Shown here in pieces: positions 46,891 to 59,660 of a stretch of DNA of 64,000 nt (position 1 is the stretch's first letter; every line of letters begins with the position of its first letter). Location of the stretch: the NCBI GenBank assembly GCA_051362555.1, contig CM120642.1:19344001-19408000 (forward strand), read 5' to 3'. A model generated the notes under the pieces. That model was not told the origin of the DNA and searched no databases. It worked only from the letters and a program-made list of their open reading frames with translations. The position numbers and the translations under genes are program-made. The stretch comes from Lingula anatina. Taxonomy: Eukaryota > Animalia > Brachiopoda.

Positions 46891-47974
46891 CTTTATCCTG
46901 TGTGATCTGCTCTGGGCACTGAAAAATTGTTGGTTTCTTCGTATATCGGCAAATCCAACAAAAGTGATTTTTGTAATAATGTTTATGCTTTAACGGAATA
47001 CCATACTCCACCGCTTGCGTGATAGGCCAACTGTGACCCCTTTCGCAAAGGTCCCGATAAGGGTTTCCTTCGTGACAATGTTGCCCACTTTGATGCCATG
47101 GATACCCTCTAACGTGAGTGCCATCTTTGATGCACGGCCTACCGACAATCCCTTCCGGTTCTCGAAAGTACAGCTTGCAATCGTGCGAGTTATGGACAAG
47201 ATGGAAAATGTCGGATGTGTTTCTGCTATCTGCGAAGATGTCACTAGAAAGCCAGGTGCAAAAAACAAACGTTGGCCATGCTCTGTATGACGTCACACCA
47301 TGACAAAATGCACAGTATAAGTTCCTAAAGGTAAGTCCGGAAACAGAATCTGAAACCGGTAGAACAGCCATTCCGTCTTCGTCTGTGCCATTCGGTCTTT
47401 CACAGGCCGAGCGAATTCCCACGTCCGACCAACCATTTGGACATGCGGAAACCATCCAGAAATGCCTGCGAGGTTCTCCCCAAGAGCTTACCGTGTCTTT
47501 TGTCATCTGCGATGCACAGGTGACGTCATCAGGGTCTAATGTTATTGTATTCGCTGACGTTGATGAAAATTTGGAATCCGACTCATCTGTATGATTGCAG
47601 GTAATGTTAACGGCGAAACAACAGTCAACAAAAGTATTGCAATACGCATCACAGTAACATGCTATATTAACAACAGTGTCTAGACTGTTCCCATTGTAGA
47701 TACAAAACTTTTCACCTGCAGTCACTTGACTCCAATAATTCGGTGCCGTGGCAGTCACATTTTCGAGAGGAACGGTGCTAGTTTCAGGTCTTTGGTTGGA
47801 GACCGTGGAAATATCACTCATATTGGCTTCACGTGTCAAAATAGCTCTGGTAGTTGTCGGCGGTCCTGGGTCACTGCATGGATTGTCGAAACACCTACTG
47901 TCCTCTCCCTGGCAAATCACAAAGGCCAGGAAAAGTGAGTGCAACACTATTGCTATTGCGCCCCTCTGTAGCAT
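46891..47974 (-). CDS. Coding exon 1 of a secreted somatomedin-B / cysteine-rich protein (adhesion-GPCR-like ectodomain)
   Basis: Signal peptide MLQRGAIAIVLHSLFLAFVICQG, then CYCDAYCNTFVDCC, PVSD..SGLTFRNLYCAFCHG and YKNHFCWIC. Ends G|GTAATT (phase 1). Confidence 0.85.
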
Positions 47975-48261
47975 TGCGTACTTGATTATAGCGCTGACCT
48001 TTATTGAGAAAAGAAAATACACTGCAATATGAAATACATTAGAAAAAATACACATAGTATTTAATTACGTATAGCTGACGTGAAGTACTCCTTAGCGTTA
48101 CTCACTTCTATTAATAAATTTTACGGCTGGGTTTATTCATTCCTGTGTTAGCTGCCACTATAAGTGAGTATTTTAGAATGTATATATTGTATATGTATTC
48201 ACTACTTTATGCATGTATTCACTACTTTACTTTAAACACCAAACATCTAAAACAAATATCA

Positions 48262-48495
48262 GTACGTCCGTCAAGGAGGTTATGTTTTCACCCATGTATG
48301 TTTGTTTATTTGTTTGTCTGTCATCAACATAACTCAAAAAGTTATGGGCCGATTTTGATGAAATTTCCATGAACTGTCGGAAGTGGGCCAAGGAACAGAT
48401 GATTTGTTTTTGGTGGTGAACCGGATCAATAATCAACCAACAATCAACAATCTGTTTGTTTGTGTGTATGTTTGTTTGTCTGGCAGGCAATACGT
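48262..48495 (+). mobile_element. Helentron-associated (HINE/DINE-like) non-autonomous fragment
   Basis: TCCGTCAAGGAGGTTATGTTTTC, a (GTTT/GTCT)n tract, then ATAACTCAAAAAGTTATG..CGATTTTGATGAAATTT. Confidence 0.55.
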
Positions 48496-49004
48496 GTGCA
48501 ACCTTCGACATGTTTAGAAATCCATGGGAATTAATAACTTTCAACTACGTTTATGCCACATACAGGGTATATTGCCAATTATAAAATTACTTTTTTCTTT
48601 AATACTTTTCCCACACTTTTGTTACCCGTGTAATACATATCTTATGAGGACCGAGTTTGTGATATGTGGATAAAATTAAAGCTAATCGCCATTCGACAGA
48701 GGAATACGAAGATTTCAACTATTGCCAAAATATAGTCAGTCAAAAAAAAAAAAAAACGACGTAAAGGTTAGTATATCTTGCAATGTGTTTCACACCCATA
48801 TTATCCCTATTATTTATATCTTATGTGTAACAAGTGTGTATCCTTGAGTATTATGAGAAAATGAAAGATAGCTCTTATTAGCGATAGGAGTACTTGTAAA
48901 TGAGATTTCAGCTGCTACCAGAGAAATATATAATCGGGTGAAGAATGTGTTCCTAAGTGTTATTCACAGCCTAATTAGTTCTTAAATGAAAATTATCAAA
49001 CACA

Positions 49005-49172
49005 AGCCGAAATATTTTCATACCGGGGAGAAGGCCTTAATCAGACTGATGTGAGTAGATGTTGACACTTACTGACCGCTAGGTGATATAGCGGCCAGGA
49101 CCCTCTTATAAATGTCAAGTAGATCTACCCCCGTGCCTATTCATGGGTTGCTGGTGACGGCTGATGTTGATG
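49005..49172 (-). mobile_element. Penelope-like 3' fragment, copy of 20-190
   Basis: Colinear with 50-195 (GAAGGCCTT.ATCAGACTGATGTGAGTAGATG...). Confidence 0.6.
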
Positions 49173-49759
49173 TTTATAAGAACTCAAATAATAAAGTCAA
49201 CTTAAGAAATTTCACCGTGACTTGGAGACGCACTATGCCGATATTGTAGATGCATGATCATGACAGTTTCCTCGGACACCGCACTATATGATAAAAATAA
49301 ATGCATGAACATTTTTCATCATATACTTGTGTTTATACATGTTTATAGCAGCTACACTGTATTATTACTTACGTTTCTTTATTCCAGTGTACAAATAACA
49401 ATAAAGAAACGCAAGTAATAATACAGTGTAGCTGCTAAAACTGCGGGTAAATATCTCCGCAGCTACAAAGCTGAATGACTTCTCACTGATGCAGCTCGAT
49501 AGAAATAGTCCCCCAAAACATCTTTCATAAAATATAAATGCGTGTGCCTAGATACACAGCAGCTAGGACATTCCGTAACCCTGGACATCTGTTAACACCT
49601 TGCCTTGGTCAACTACTTAAGGTCAAAATGCGCCGACACAAGACCCAAACTAAGACTTATTTCCTATAAACAAATCGTTGATGTATTATCAAAAAGTTAT
49701 TACCACCACTAAAACTAATAATCTCCTACATAAATACAATTAATTATCTTAATTGTAGT

Positions 49760-52700
49760 TTCTTGTCTCAAATTATTCAATCACTGTGTAATTTATTCGA
49801 CATAAAACGCTATCATACTAGCGCATGGCATCCACAAAGTGACGTAGCTTATGAAAGAACCAATTCAATAATTGGACAAACTTTAAGAGAATATTATGAT
49901 AAAGATCAAACTAATTGGCCTGATATTCTTCCAGGTGTAATGATGGCATTACGTATGACTTTTTGTGCACAATATACATATTTTTCTCCTTATTAATTAG
50001 TATTTGGACGAGAAATGCGTACCCATTAGATAGTGTTCTGATCCCTGAACCTAATGAAAATAAAAATCTACATCAATACATCGAAGAATTGAAAGACACA
50101 CTTAAAACGGCAAAAGAAATTGCAACAGAGAACAGGGAAGCAGCTCAGAAACAGTATAAAACAGGTATAATTAAGTCAAAGCAACCGATTTATAAAGTAG
50201 GTGATAGAGTTTGGTTATATACACCAATAACACCGAAAGGATTAAGTTCTAAATTGTAGACCAAGTACAAAGGACCATATTACATCACGAAAATATTATA
50301 AACAGTGTGCACGTATTATTTGAGAGATTGTAAAACACACAAAGAACATAAATCGCCTGTTCATGCAAACAGATTGAAAATGTATTATGACCCTAAAGAC
50401 TGCAATATATACAAACGGCTGAATGAAAGTAATTATGAGCAAGACAAAAAATCAAATGGGAATAAAACGACCAGTGGAAGGCAAGATAGAGACATTCATG
50501 ACACAGAAATAGTGGAACTTGCTTCGGACAGTAAGCAAGACGCATACGAGTATTATGAAGTAGAAACATTATTATGTTGTAAGAATATAAACGCAAAGAG
50601 ACATTACAAAGTATAATGGAAGGGTTATAAGAACTCTTCCTGGGAACCTGAAGAAAATATTTCAGATGCATTAAAAATAGATTATAATATCAATAAGACG
50701 TAATAAGGATGACGAAGAAAACGTAGAAATTAAAAAGGAAACACAATGCCCAATATCTTCGAGACGAGTTCGATAATCGATACACTGGTAAATAAAAAGA
50801 TATTACACACACATTGTAAAAAGTACTCAGAGGTCAAATGTATAATTTGGACAACACAGTGATACAGCTTAACTGAACCCTAAATGCAAACCGATTTTCT
50901 GTCTGCCTATCTATTCTATTTATCTGATTTCCTATCTTTTTTCTAAAACAGGCTAAGTTTAAAGCAGTATACACTGAAAAAAAAAACCAAGAGCATTGAC
51001 CTTCTGAAATGATGATTCTATGAATTCTCACTGTACTTTTATGGCAGCATCAGCACGCTCAGTGCTGTTGAGTGTAAACCATTTTGTTCTGAAGTACTGT
51101 TTAACAAAGGACATTGATCTTATTCAGTTCAGGAAATGTTACTCCCAAACGATGTTAAACATGTCACCACAAGGTTAACGCCACGCCATAATGGATTGTA
51201 TATTAAACTGAAAAATACAGACGAGATGTTTTGAAAAGTGAATGACTCTAAGTTTACATAGCTGACCCTACCCAGTAATACCCTAGAACAACGACCTCTT
51301 TAAATTGCTTTCATTAATGTGTCATTCAAATTCTTTGCTATTGCAGTTTGAACTAAGATGGATTATTTATTTCCCACCCAAGTGGTAAGTTGTGAAACAA
51401 CACTAAGATAGCACAGCATTATTCCATTAATTTGGGAGTATTTCTATTCATCATGCATATTTTCTACATGAAACGCAAAGATTTATTTAATAAAGTACGG
51501 AATAAACTGTTCTTTAGCTCATTTCAAGGATTTTTTTCATGTTCTTGCCGATAATGTTAGTGATTATATGAGCTTATGAAAGTGACTCAAACAGCAGAGA
51601 GAGACAAGAGCAAATTCATATTTGTATTGCAGATTTTAGCAAACGAAATATTCTCTACAGATGATTAATCTCAAATACTAGTTTAAATTTATTATTTGAG
51701 CTTATTGGTCATGATGAAATTTGGTCTGTGTATCAAAGCCTGACAATTGGCATTAGTAGTGGCTTTAATAAAGGAAGTATATGTATAAACAATATAGTGC
51801 TTACTATACCGTAGTGATTATCATATTTCGCAACAAAATCAATTAATAAGCCGAAGGAACTTAGAAACACATATTCATTCATATTACAAAGTGAAGTTAT
51901 AACTATTCTCACTTTGACAATTTTACTTTAGTTTTTGTTTCTACATACTACATCCGTCAAAACATTGACATGGCTTGACAAGTATAAACATCATAGTAAA
52001 CAAACGTTATTTTGCAACGAGATATCATATTTTCACTTTCTACAGCTTTTAAGCCCAGGAGTTATCCAAGAGCGCATATTGTGCATTTTGCACATGAAAC
52101 ATGCTTGCGCCACCCTGAGCTTCAGAGCTAACTTGACACTAACCTCTTCACTGTAGCCTATCTTCATCGCGTCAAGTAACCTCTGACGAAAATAGTTTGA
52201 CCTAGTTTATATAAGCCAATCAAATCCATGTTTCAAAATTTTTCACCAAAGTTTGGTGAAAACGCTGATTGGTTGACCGTCAATCGGCAATCATCGGCTG
52301 ATTCCGCAAGCTCCATACTAACAACATAGTTATTGTCGAGTGCGGAGACATCCGAGTATTACCGTACACAAAGAAAGCAAGGCGAGTGACTACGAAAAAG
52401 AATGTGTTAAGTTATCTCTTGATTCTTTGCAAAATATGAGTAAATCGGAATTGAAACCATAGGGCCTAGCAGTTTGAGGCCCTGCATCATTATCTACTGA
52501 GAGACGATGTAATTTGCGTGCTGCCCACAGGTTACGGCAAGTCCCTGATATTCAGCCTTATCTTTGATTGGTCCGGATTTGAACAAAGCGCGCTTTGACT
52601 CGTTCGCGTTCATTGGCTAGATCGTTTAATGAGTCATTGAGTGCGGGCTTTTAAATTTGATTGGCGGGCGGCGGAGGCAATCGAATCTGGTCAGAGGTTA

Positions 52701-54030
52701 CTTGACACGATGAAGATAGGCTACAGTGAAGAGGTTAGTGTCAAGTTAGCTCTGAAGCTCAGGGTGGCTTGCGCACTTTCCTACATTTAGTTTGAACCAT
52801 TTTATCACAATGCAGATTAATTTTAATCCAAGATGAATTTGACTTAACTAGCTACGTGTGTAGTAACAGAGTACATATTTTTCACATATCTTTGCGAGCG
52901 AACTTTTAGTGTAAGAGGTGTGTGTGTGCTATCACATTTTAATAACTTTATGATTCATTCTTCCTTATTGTTACTTCAGTGATTTCAGACACATATCTCT
53001 GCATCATTATTATTATTATTGAGAGTGTGCGAGATGCGTGGAATTAACCTGACACTTAAGTCCTGACAAATATCATTATTATTTTAATAACTATATACTA
53101 TGATATATAATGATAATTATTTTATTGTGTGTTAACCATGATCATATTTTTATTTATCGATATTTGGCTAGATGATTTTTGTTATATGGACAATGTATTT
53201 AACTTTTGTATTGATGATAACATGAACCTAATGATATGCATTAAGGAAGATTCTCACATTTTGCGACTTATTTATCAATATAATTTTATTGAATTCGTGA
53301 ATTGAATTTGGCATGAACAAAGTGTTTCTCTTATAGTCATCACAGAGGAGAGCTAGAGTGTGGACAAGTATGTAGATGAACAGGTACTTCGTCATGAACG
53401 ATGCGCTGGTCGCAACGTTGTGGTGAATGCTGCTCACTAGACAGGGAAGGTACCGCCCGATTGTCTCACTTAGTACATTCCTACTATATCTAAAATGACA
53501 ACCAATAAAAGAGAAACCATTTAAAAAATGTGTCAGAGCCATAGTAAGAGAGTAACAGGTTTAAACACCCACATGAGAAAACAAACTAAGAGGATATGTA
53601 CTCTTGGGCCACACATTAAAAGGTGTAAATAGCACTACAAAAATATCCAGGAACAATTGCATTTTCCTAGATATGTTATCAATGTATCTTCATTCAAGTT
53701 ATATTCATGGCTTCATGCCGAATGTGTTTCTAATTTTATACATGTATGTCAGTTAATTATATAGAATTAATTTTCTTAGTTATATGTTTGCAAGACTTAA
53801 TGGTAGAAATGGAGTGTTTAAGGAAGATAATATTTTTTTATCATAAATTTTATTTAATTTGCAATTACAATTAAATTGATGACATATATGTGACCTTATC
53901 ATTTACGTTTTTTTTAATTTACGTATTTTATGTTATTAGGTATTTGCTTTGCTTTAAAAAAATTAAAAAAAAGGAGCGATTGTTGTAAAGTTTAAGAATT
54001 CGAGGACGACTCCCTTTGAAGAAGGGGTGT
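49760..54030 (+). mobile_element. Ty3/Gypsy LTR-retrotransposon relic (integrase C-terminus, GPY motif, chromodomain, long 3' region, PPT)
   Basis: TSAWHPQSD.AYERTN, NWPDILP, KYKGPY and YEVETLL..RHYKV.WKGY..SSWEPEENI at 49760-50700, and polypurine GAAGAAGGGG at 54018-54027. The 3' extent is inferred. Confidence 0.75.
52111..52766 (+). mobile_element. Non-autonomous TIR element carrying a RecQ-like helicase fragment (Academ-like)
   Basis: 77-bp TIRs (1 mismatch), CA..TG termini and an 8-bp TSD GCTTGCGC. Internally QFEALHHYLLRDDVICVLPTGYGKSLIF. Confidence 0.85.
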
Positions 54031-56565
54031 ACAGGTATGTTGTAAAGCGAATGTCTCATACTTTCAGTAATAACAGATAACGATTAAAACGGATTAAACG
54101 AGTAAAGAGAAAAGCTCCAGATCGTTGTCGTTATTCCTCACTATAACCGTGCTAATCATGATAATTATTATTATTATTATAATTAGTCTTAAATCCGTAA
54201 TAAAAGCGTTAAGTAGACTTCAGAAGATACATGCAATAATGAAGAAATATAAGTAAATTGTTAACATTTTATTTACATGAGCTAAACATACTACAGACTT
54301 AACATTTTATGTGAAATATTTGGGTTCCAAAGGTATGTTTAGGTTAAAATGCATTCTTCTTTTTTTCCCAATCTATTACCAGATATGTGAATGGAGAAGT
54401 GTGTAGTCAGGTGTGTCGCTGTGAATAAAGTTATTACCATGTCTGTTGCACTGCTGCATTTTGTAATATGCAGTAATTTAATTGGGTAATGCTCATTTGG
54501 GCTGTCAAAGAAGTATCCATATGTCGGCAACCACTGCATAGAAGAATTTTAAATTTTGCACGTGAGTGGTCGGTTTTGCAGTGGGTAAAATTAGCTAAGC
54601 AGTGTTTTACAAAATCAGCATGTGGCGCTAGAAAGACAGACATTGCCAAACAAATTATTGTGCCAAACGGGCCGGTGTGAACGGAATGCAGGTCCTACGG
54701 ACCTCGTTCCCTAGTAACGGTGGTCCTACGGATCACCGTTCCTTAGGATTAGTAGTCCTAATGGGACCTGGGGCCGGTTTCACAAAGCAGTAGTTAGTTA
54801 GAACAACTACAGTAGTAATAATAATTATGTTTCCGTTGTACAACGTTTTAAAAAACGTTTGAAATGTTTTAATCCCTATCCTGTGAATAGAAGGGGGCGA
54901 CAAGCAATGGAGAGCCGTCTAAATCCCTTCAAAATTCGAACGCAAAAACACAATAGTTTAGGCGTAATAACACACAATACCTTAGGCGAGTGAATCCCAT
55001 GACCCCGTGAGCGCAACAATCCGCTGTAACAAAGTGTAATTAACAGCAGGATACATCAGCCAGAAGGTCCCTTTGTTTGTTGTGGCGATAGGATTATAGC
55101 TGTAAGAGGCCTGAACCCATGCTACCGCGTGCCACTAAACCGTCTCTCGTAGCGAACTGTCCTTTTGCTCACTAGTTTGGCACGCGCAGTTCATTATCTT
55201 TTTAGTGTTGCTAACAAACTGCTGGTAAAATTTGTTATCAGGCATTTCATTCAATATGAATTTTCCGTAATTAAAAATTGAAGTAAGTATTGTTTGTTTG
55301 ATTACCATGCATGAGCGACAGCATCAACCTCAAAAAATCTTCTTGCATTAATTTATAAATGAATAATTGATTTATAAACTTACTGATTCAAGTATTTATT
55401 AAACATGAAGGATAATGAAAAAAAAGCGAATAGCATTTTCAAAAAAGGAACAATACATGGCAAATACATTACTTATACTATATTATATTATAATATTTAA
55501 ATTAAATGAGGTGCATTGACAGAGGCGGAAGGAGAACCCAACTCTAACGTGCAACAGGGGGGCCTATGACATTGTAATCACACAATACATGAGAGTACGG
55601 TCAATATACAGTGTAAATCATCAGTTAAAGAGGAGGGGGTCTTACCATAGCTCGCTATCTATTGTTAAATGCAACTTATCTCTCGAACAAGCTTAAACCA
55701 TGCCCATACAATTACTGTGTCTCCGGCTGCCGTGCAGAAACGCCATGTCGAACATATTTTGCTACAGTTACATACAGTGTACACTAGCGACTTGTTTTAT
55801 ATCACTCAAGTAAGAAGGCATACATGCGATACCGGGGGGAAAACAATCAAGCATGCAACTGATCTCTTAATTGTAATTGCACAGTACGTGTAAATAGACC
55901 TTTGTTCTAACTCAGTAGTTTGGGATAGGATGCTTGGACAAAAAGCTTCTATTCAACTTGCTTAGACCTAGGACGTGATGCTGCTCTCATCCGAGGAAAC
56001 ACCGTCACTAAACCCTCTACTTGAAGTCCCTCTAGACTGAGTCGTAAAAGGGTTAATGAACTTCTTTGTCTTAAAAACAATTCATTTCGAAATTAAAAGA
56101 AACAGTTTTTCGGGAGGCATGGGATGGGAAGACATAGTTAACGTAAGGTAATTCATTAAAGCCGAGGAGTGTTTCACTATCAAATATGTAAAGCAAATGT
56201 CATAAAAAACACTATAATAAATTTTTTGTATAAGTTAGGAAAAGCCCCCTTTTCAACAGGTGTGTTTTATTAATTTATTCATGTCACAGAGTAAATTTAT
56301 TGAGCTGGTCCACAACGTCCGACACAACAGAATGAATCAAATAACAGCTTTTACAGATTCAAGTGCAGTTAGCTATATAGTGTCACTACAAATACAATCC
56401 GCTGCACGCGCAAAGCTGTTGAACAAAAGGATAGTTCGCAACGGGAGACCGTTTGTTTACATAAGTACTCTAAGGGGGAGTGCCTACCCAGGCGACCAAG
56501 GGATTAGTCACTATATTCCATCTAATATCGTTTATCGACCCTATAATTATCACACTCCCTCTACT

Positions 56566-56613
<48 letters not shown>

Positions 56614-56689
56614 TTATAAACGCATCTAATCGTCTTATGGTAGATGGAATACATGTACACATACATAATATTAGGACGGTAACTACTGA

Positions 56690-57329
56690 ACTACCTCGCT
56701 AACGAGCAAAATTTGCGATTTTCGAGGGGTGTTTCACGAAGCAGTATTTAACTTATCGCTAAGTTCAGTCGTAAAGTTCGGTCGCTAGTTCTCTCGTTAC
56801 TCACCGTAGTCTCGAAACCGTCTGCCGGAAGTGGAACTCTTGCGTAAAAGTGTCACGAAAGCACTAACTCTCCAATTTTTGGTGGCTGGAAATGCATAAG
56901 AACGTCTGCTTTGAGGTCGTCGTAAAGGATCTCCACCACCCTTTGCCGCTCTTTTTGTCACAGCTAGGCGCAACCTCTCGTAAATTGCATCATCGTATGT
57001 ATATAATAATAGATTCTGCCTTTCATGAAAACGTCGTAGTCTACGTTGCCGTCTGGCAGTACGGATAGCAAGAAAGGTAGCCGCCATATTGGATACAAAG
57101 ACAAACGACAGACAACGGTAACTAAGCAACCTTTTTATTTCACTCATTACACATGCGTACGATGAAACTCTAGAGTTAGCGACTGGTCTTACCAGTCGTT
57201 AAATATCCATGGTAACAACGAGAAAATAACGAGCGAGAGAACTAGCGATTGCTTCGTGAAACGGCACTCATAACTAGCGAGAGGCTAACTACCGATCGCT
57301 GACTAACTACTGATTTGTGAAACCGACCC
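56690..57329 (-). mobile_element. Harbinger-like non-autonomous element end
   Basis: Terminus TTTGTGAAACCGACCC followed by CTG, and a HARBI1-like N-terminal fragment RRFHERQNLL..YDDAIYERLRL. A matching inverted end GGGCCGGTTTCACAAA lies at 54771. Confidence 0.6.
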
Positions 57330-57399
57330 CTGTATTCCTGTCATAAATATGGATATGACATCTTTTTCTGGCGGACCTGCATTCTTATACATTCATTCC

Positions 57400-58090
57400 T
57401 ATCAGGATTCATGTTGATTCACCGTATAGATCTTGATGAAAATAGAAGTATATATATTTCTGCACCTTGAAAGATCTACATTATAGTTGTTAAATATAAT
57501 CCAAGCTTTCGGCCCCTTGGCTTTCTTCGGGGATTATCTATGACAATCCCTAAAGAAGGCCCAGGGACCGAAAGCTCGGATTGTATTTTACATCCATTCC
57601 TAGAAACGCTAGACCTACCCTGTAGGACTTGCATATCCAGGACTAAGTGTCTGGTCAGACTTGCGTTACTAGGACTACCATTCCGTTCACACCAGTCTGC
57701 ACAATTTAATAGAGTTATTCCCAGTCCCTTGTACCTAGACAGATCACACCCGATGTATCGAAACCTTACTACAAGGGTACAGGACTCACTGTCCTTTATG
57801 ATATGCTGCCGCAACTAAACACAAACCATCCATACCATTCAGTATGAGGGAAAAATTGCCCCTACAACGCGTTTACAAGGACCTTTTCGAACACCAGACT
57901 GGTTTGAGCAGACGACCTCTTCGGAAACCACTGTTTTAACACCAAAACGTCGTCTTCTGTTTCTCTAATGAATTGGAGACCATAACTGTTTCTGGGTAGA
58001 ACACTAAAACCCCGTCGCTATCTTTATTGAGGTCAGATTTCACATATACCGTTCAATTATAGTCAAAACAGAGTTCACAGACATCCAAAA
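57400..58090 (-). mobile_element. Highly decayed LINE reverse-transcriptase fragment
   Basis: Weak matches only: SGVRKG resembles GVPQG, and FRYIGCDLS resembles FKYLG. Confidence 0.35.
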
Positions 58091-58899
58091 TAGGCCTACG
58101 GCTAAACAGTATTTGGCGTGGATACCACATTGGTGCCAAACACCATTGGTAGTCATCGATAAGAACCTAAACGAGATCAAATAATGGAATAATCTGGAAA
58201 CCACTTGACTATAATAGGAACAATTTTATGATGCACGATGAGATTGCCAGTTCACACAGAGTAATTTTAATAGTAGTTAACTTCCTGAACCAAGGGAATA
58301 AGCAGCTACTTTGGTCATCAAAATCGCCATATTTAAAGCACATTGACAATATGTGAATAGTCATTACTCGCCGAATCAACGGCCAACATGTCCTACAATG
58401 AAACTGAACCAAATTGGACACGTTTTGAAAGATGCCTGGTATGTTATTCCAGATTAAACTCTACAAATCTATCCAAAGGAATGCCTTGACGCTTGAGAGC
58501 CATGGTAGCAGCAAGATGAGGACCGGCGTAACAGCGACCAATGCTGTGGCTAGACACTGACATTTGGGTCCTTTGTGGGGCGTCACACTTTTTCGGAAAC
58601 GGCAGGAATCAAGCAGAAACAGCCGGGGTAAAGGATTTTTAAAATTCGTACTACATTAGGGGAGAAATGTCAAATTGACCTAAATTCTTGTAAGAATGTC
58701 GTTGGAATATTCAGAATGCGCTTGAAACCACCTTGAATGATTGGTGCACACTTCGGCTATATTACCTCTTAAATGCAGCTCGAGTGTAGTTGGAAAGCTT
58801 GGAATATCGATAATGGTGTCAGATTGAAGTCAGCATATTTAGAATACACTTCGAACACCGTACGAGTGTAGTTTGATTGCTGTCTGAAATGGGATTTCA

Positions 58900-59660
58900 G
58901 CAGCCATCGAGTCAGGGGTGTACTGTCTACAAGATCACCAAACAGCTTAGTGGAGGCCGCAACAACCATTCTGCTCCGGTGAAAGACAAGAACGGCCGGC
59001 AACACCCTGGCCACAGAGCATGAGCAAGCAGCACGATGGGTTCAGCACTTCAAGGAGGTCCGTAACCACCTGATGATGGTATCTTGGACATCAATACAGA
59101 TCCGCCCACCAGAGTGGAAGTCAGGAGTGCTATCATTGCTATGAAGCACGGCAAAGCATCTGGCATTGACAACATCCATGCAGAAATGCTGAAAGCTGAT
59201 GTTGACATGGCCACAAACTTACTGACTGACCTCTTCAGTACTATCTGGGAGAAGGACACGATACCAGACGATTGGGCAAAGGGTCTCATTGTAAAGCTCC
59301 CCAAGAAAGGCAACCTCCATGACGCGGGACCACTCTCCTGTCAACCATGATCTGTTCATACTGACAGGGAATCAGAGTATTGTGGGGCAGATCAAGCGTC
59401 GGCGATTTCAGTGGCTCGGCCATGTACTTAGAATGGATGAAAACCGAGTACCAAAGGTAGCTCTGAGATGGACACCACCTGGAAAAAGAAAGAGAGGAAG
59501 GCCCAAGACCACCTGGCGCCGAACAGTAATAGCAGAGCTGAGGGAGTGGGACCTCACATGGGGACAGGCCCAGCACATTACCAGAGATAGGGCCAAGTGG
59601 AAACTAGTGACTGTGGCCTTATGTCCCTCACGGGACGAAGAGGAATAATGATGATGATGA
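58900..59660 (+). mobile_element. RTE-clade LINE, internally deleted
   Basis: KHGKASGIDNIHAEMLK..IWEKDTIPDDWAKGLIVKLPKKGNL is joined directly to IKRRRFQWLGHVLRM..WTPPGKRKRGRPKTTW, followed by a (TGA)n tail. Confidence 0.9.
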
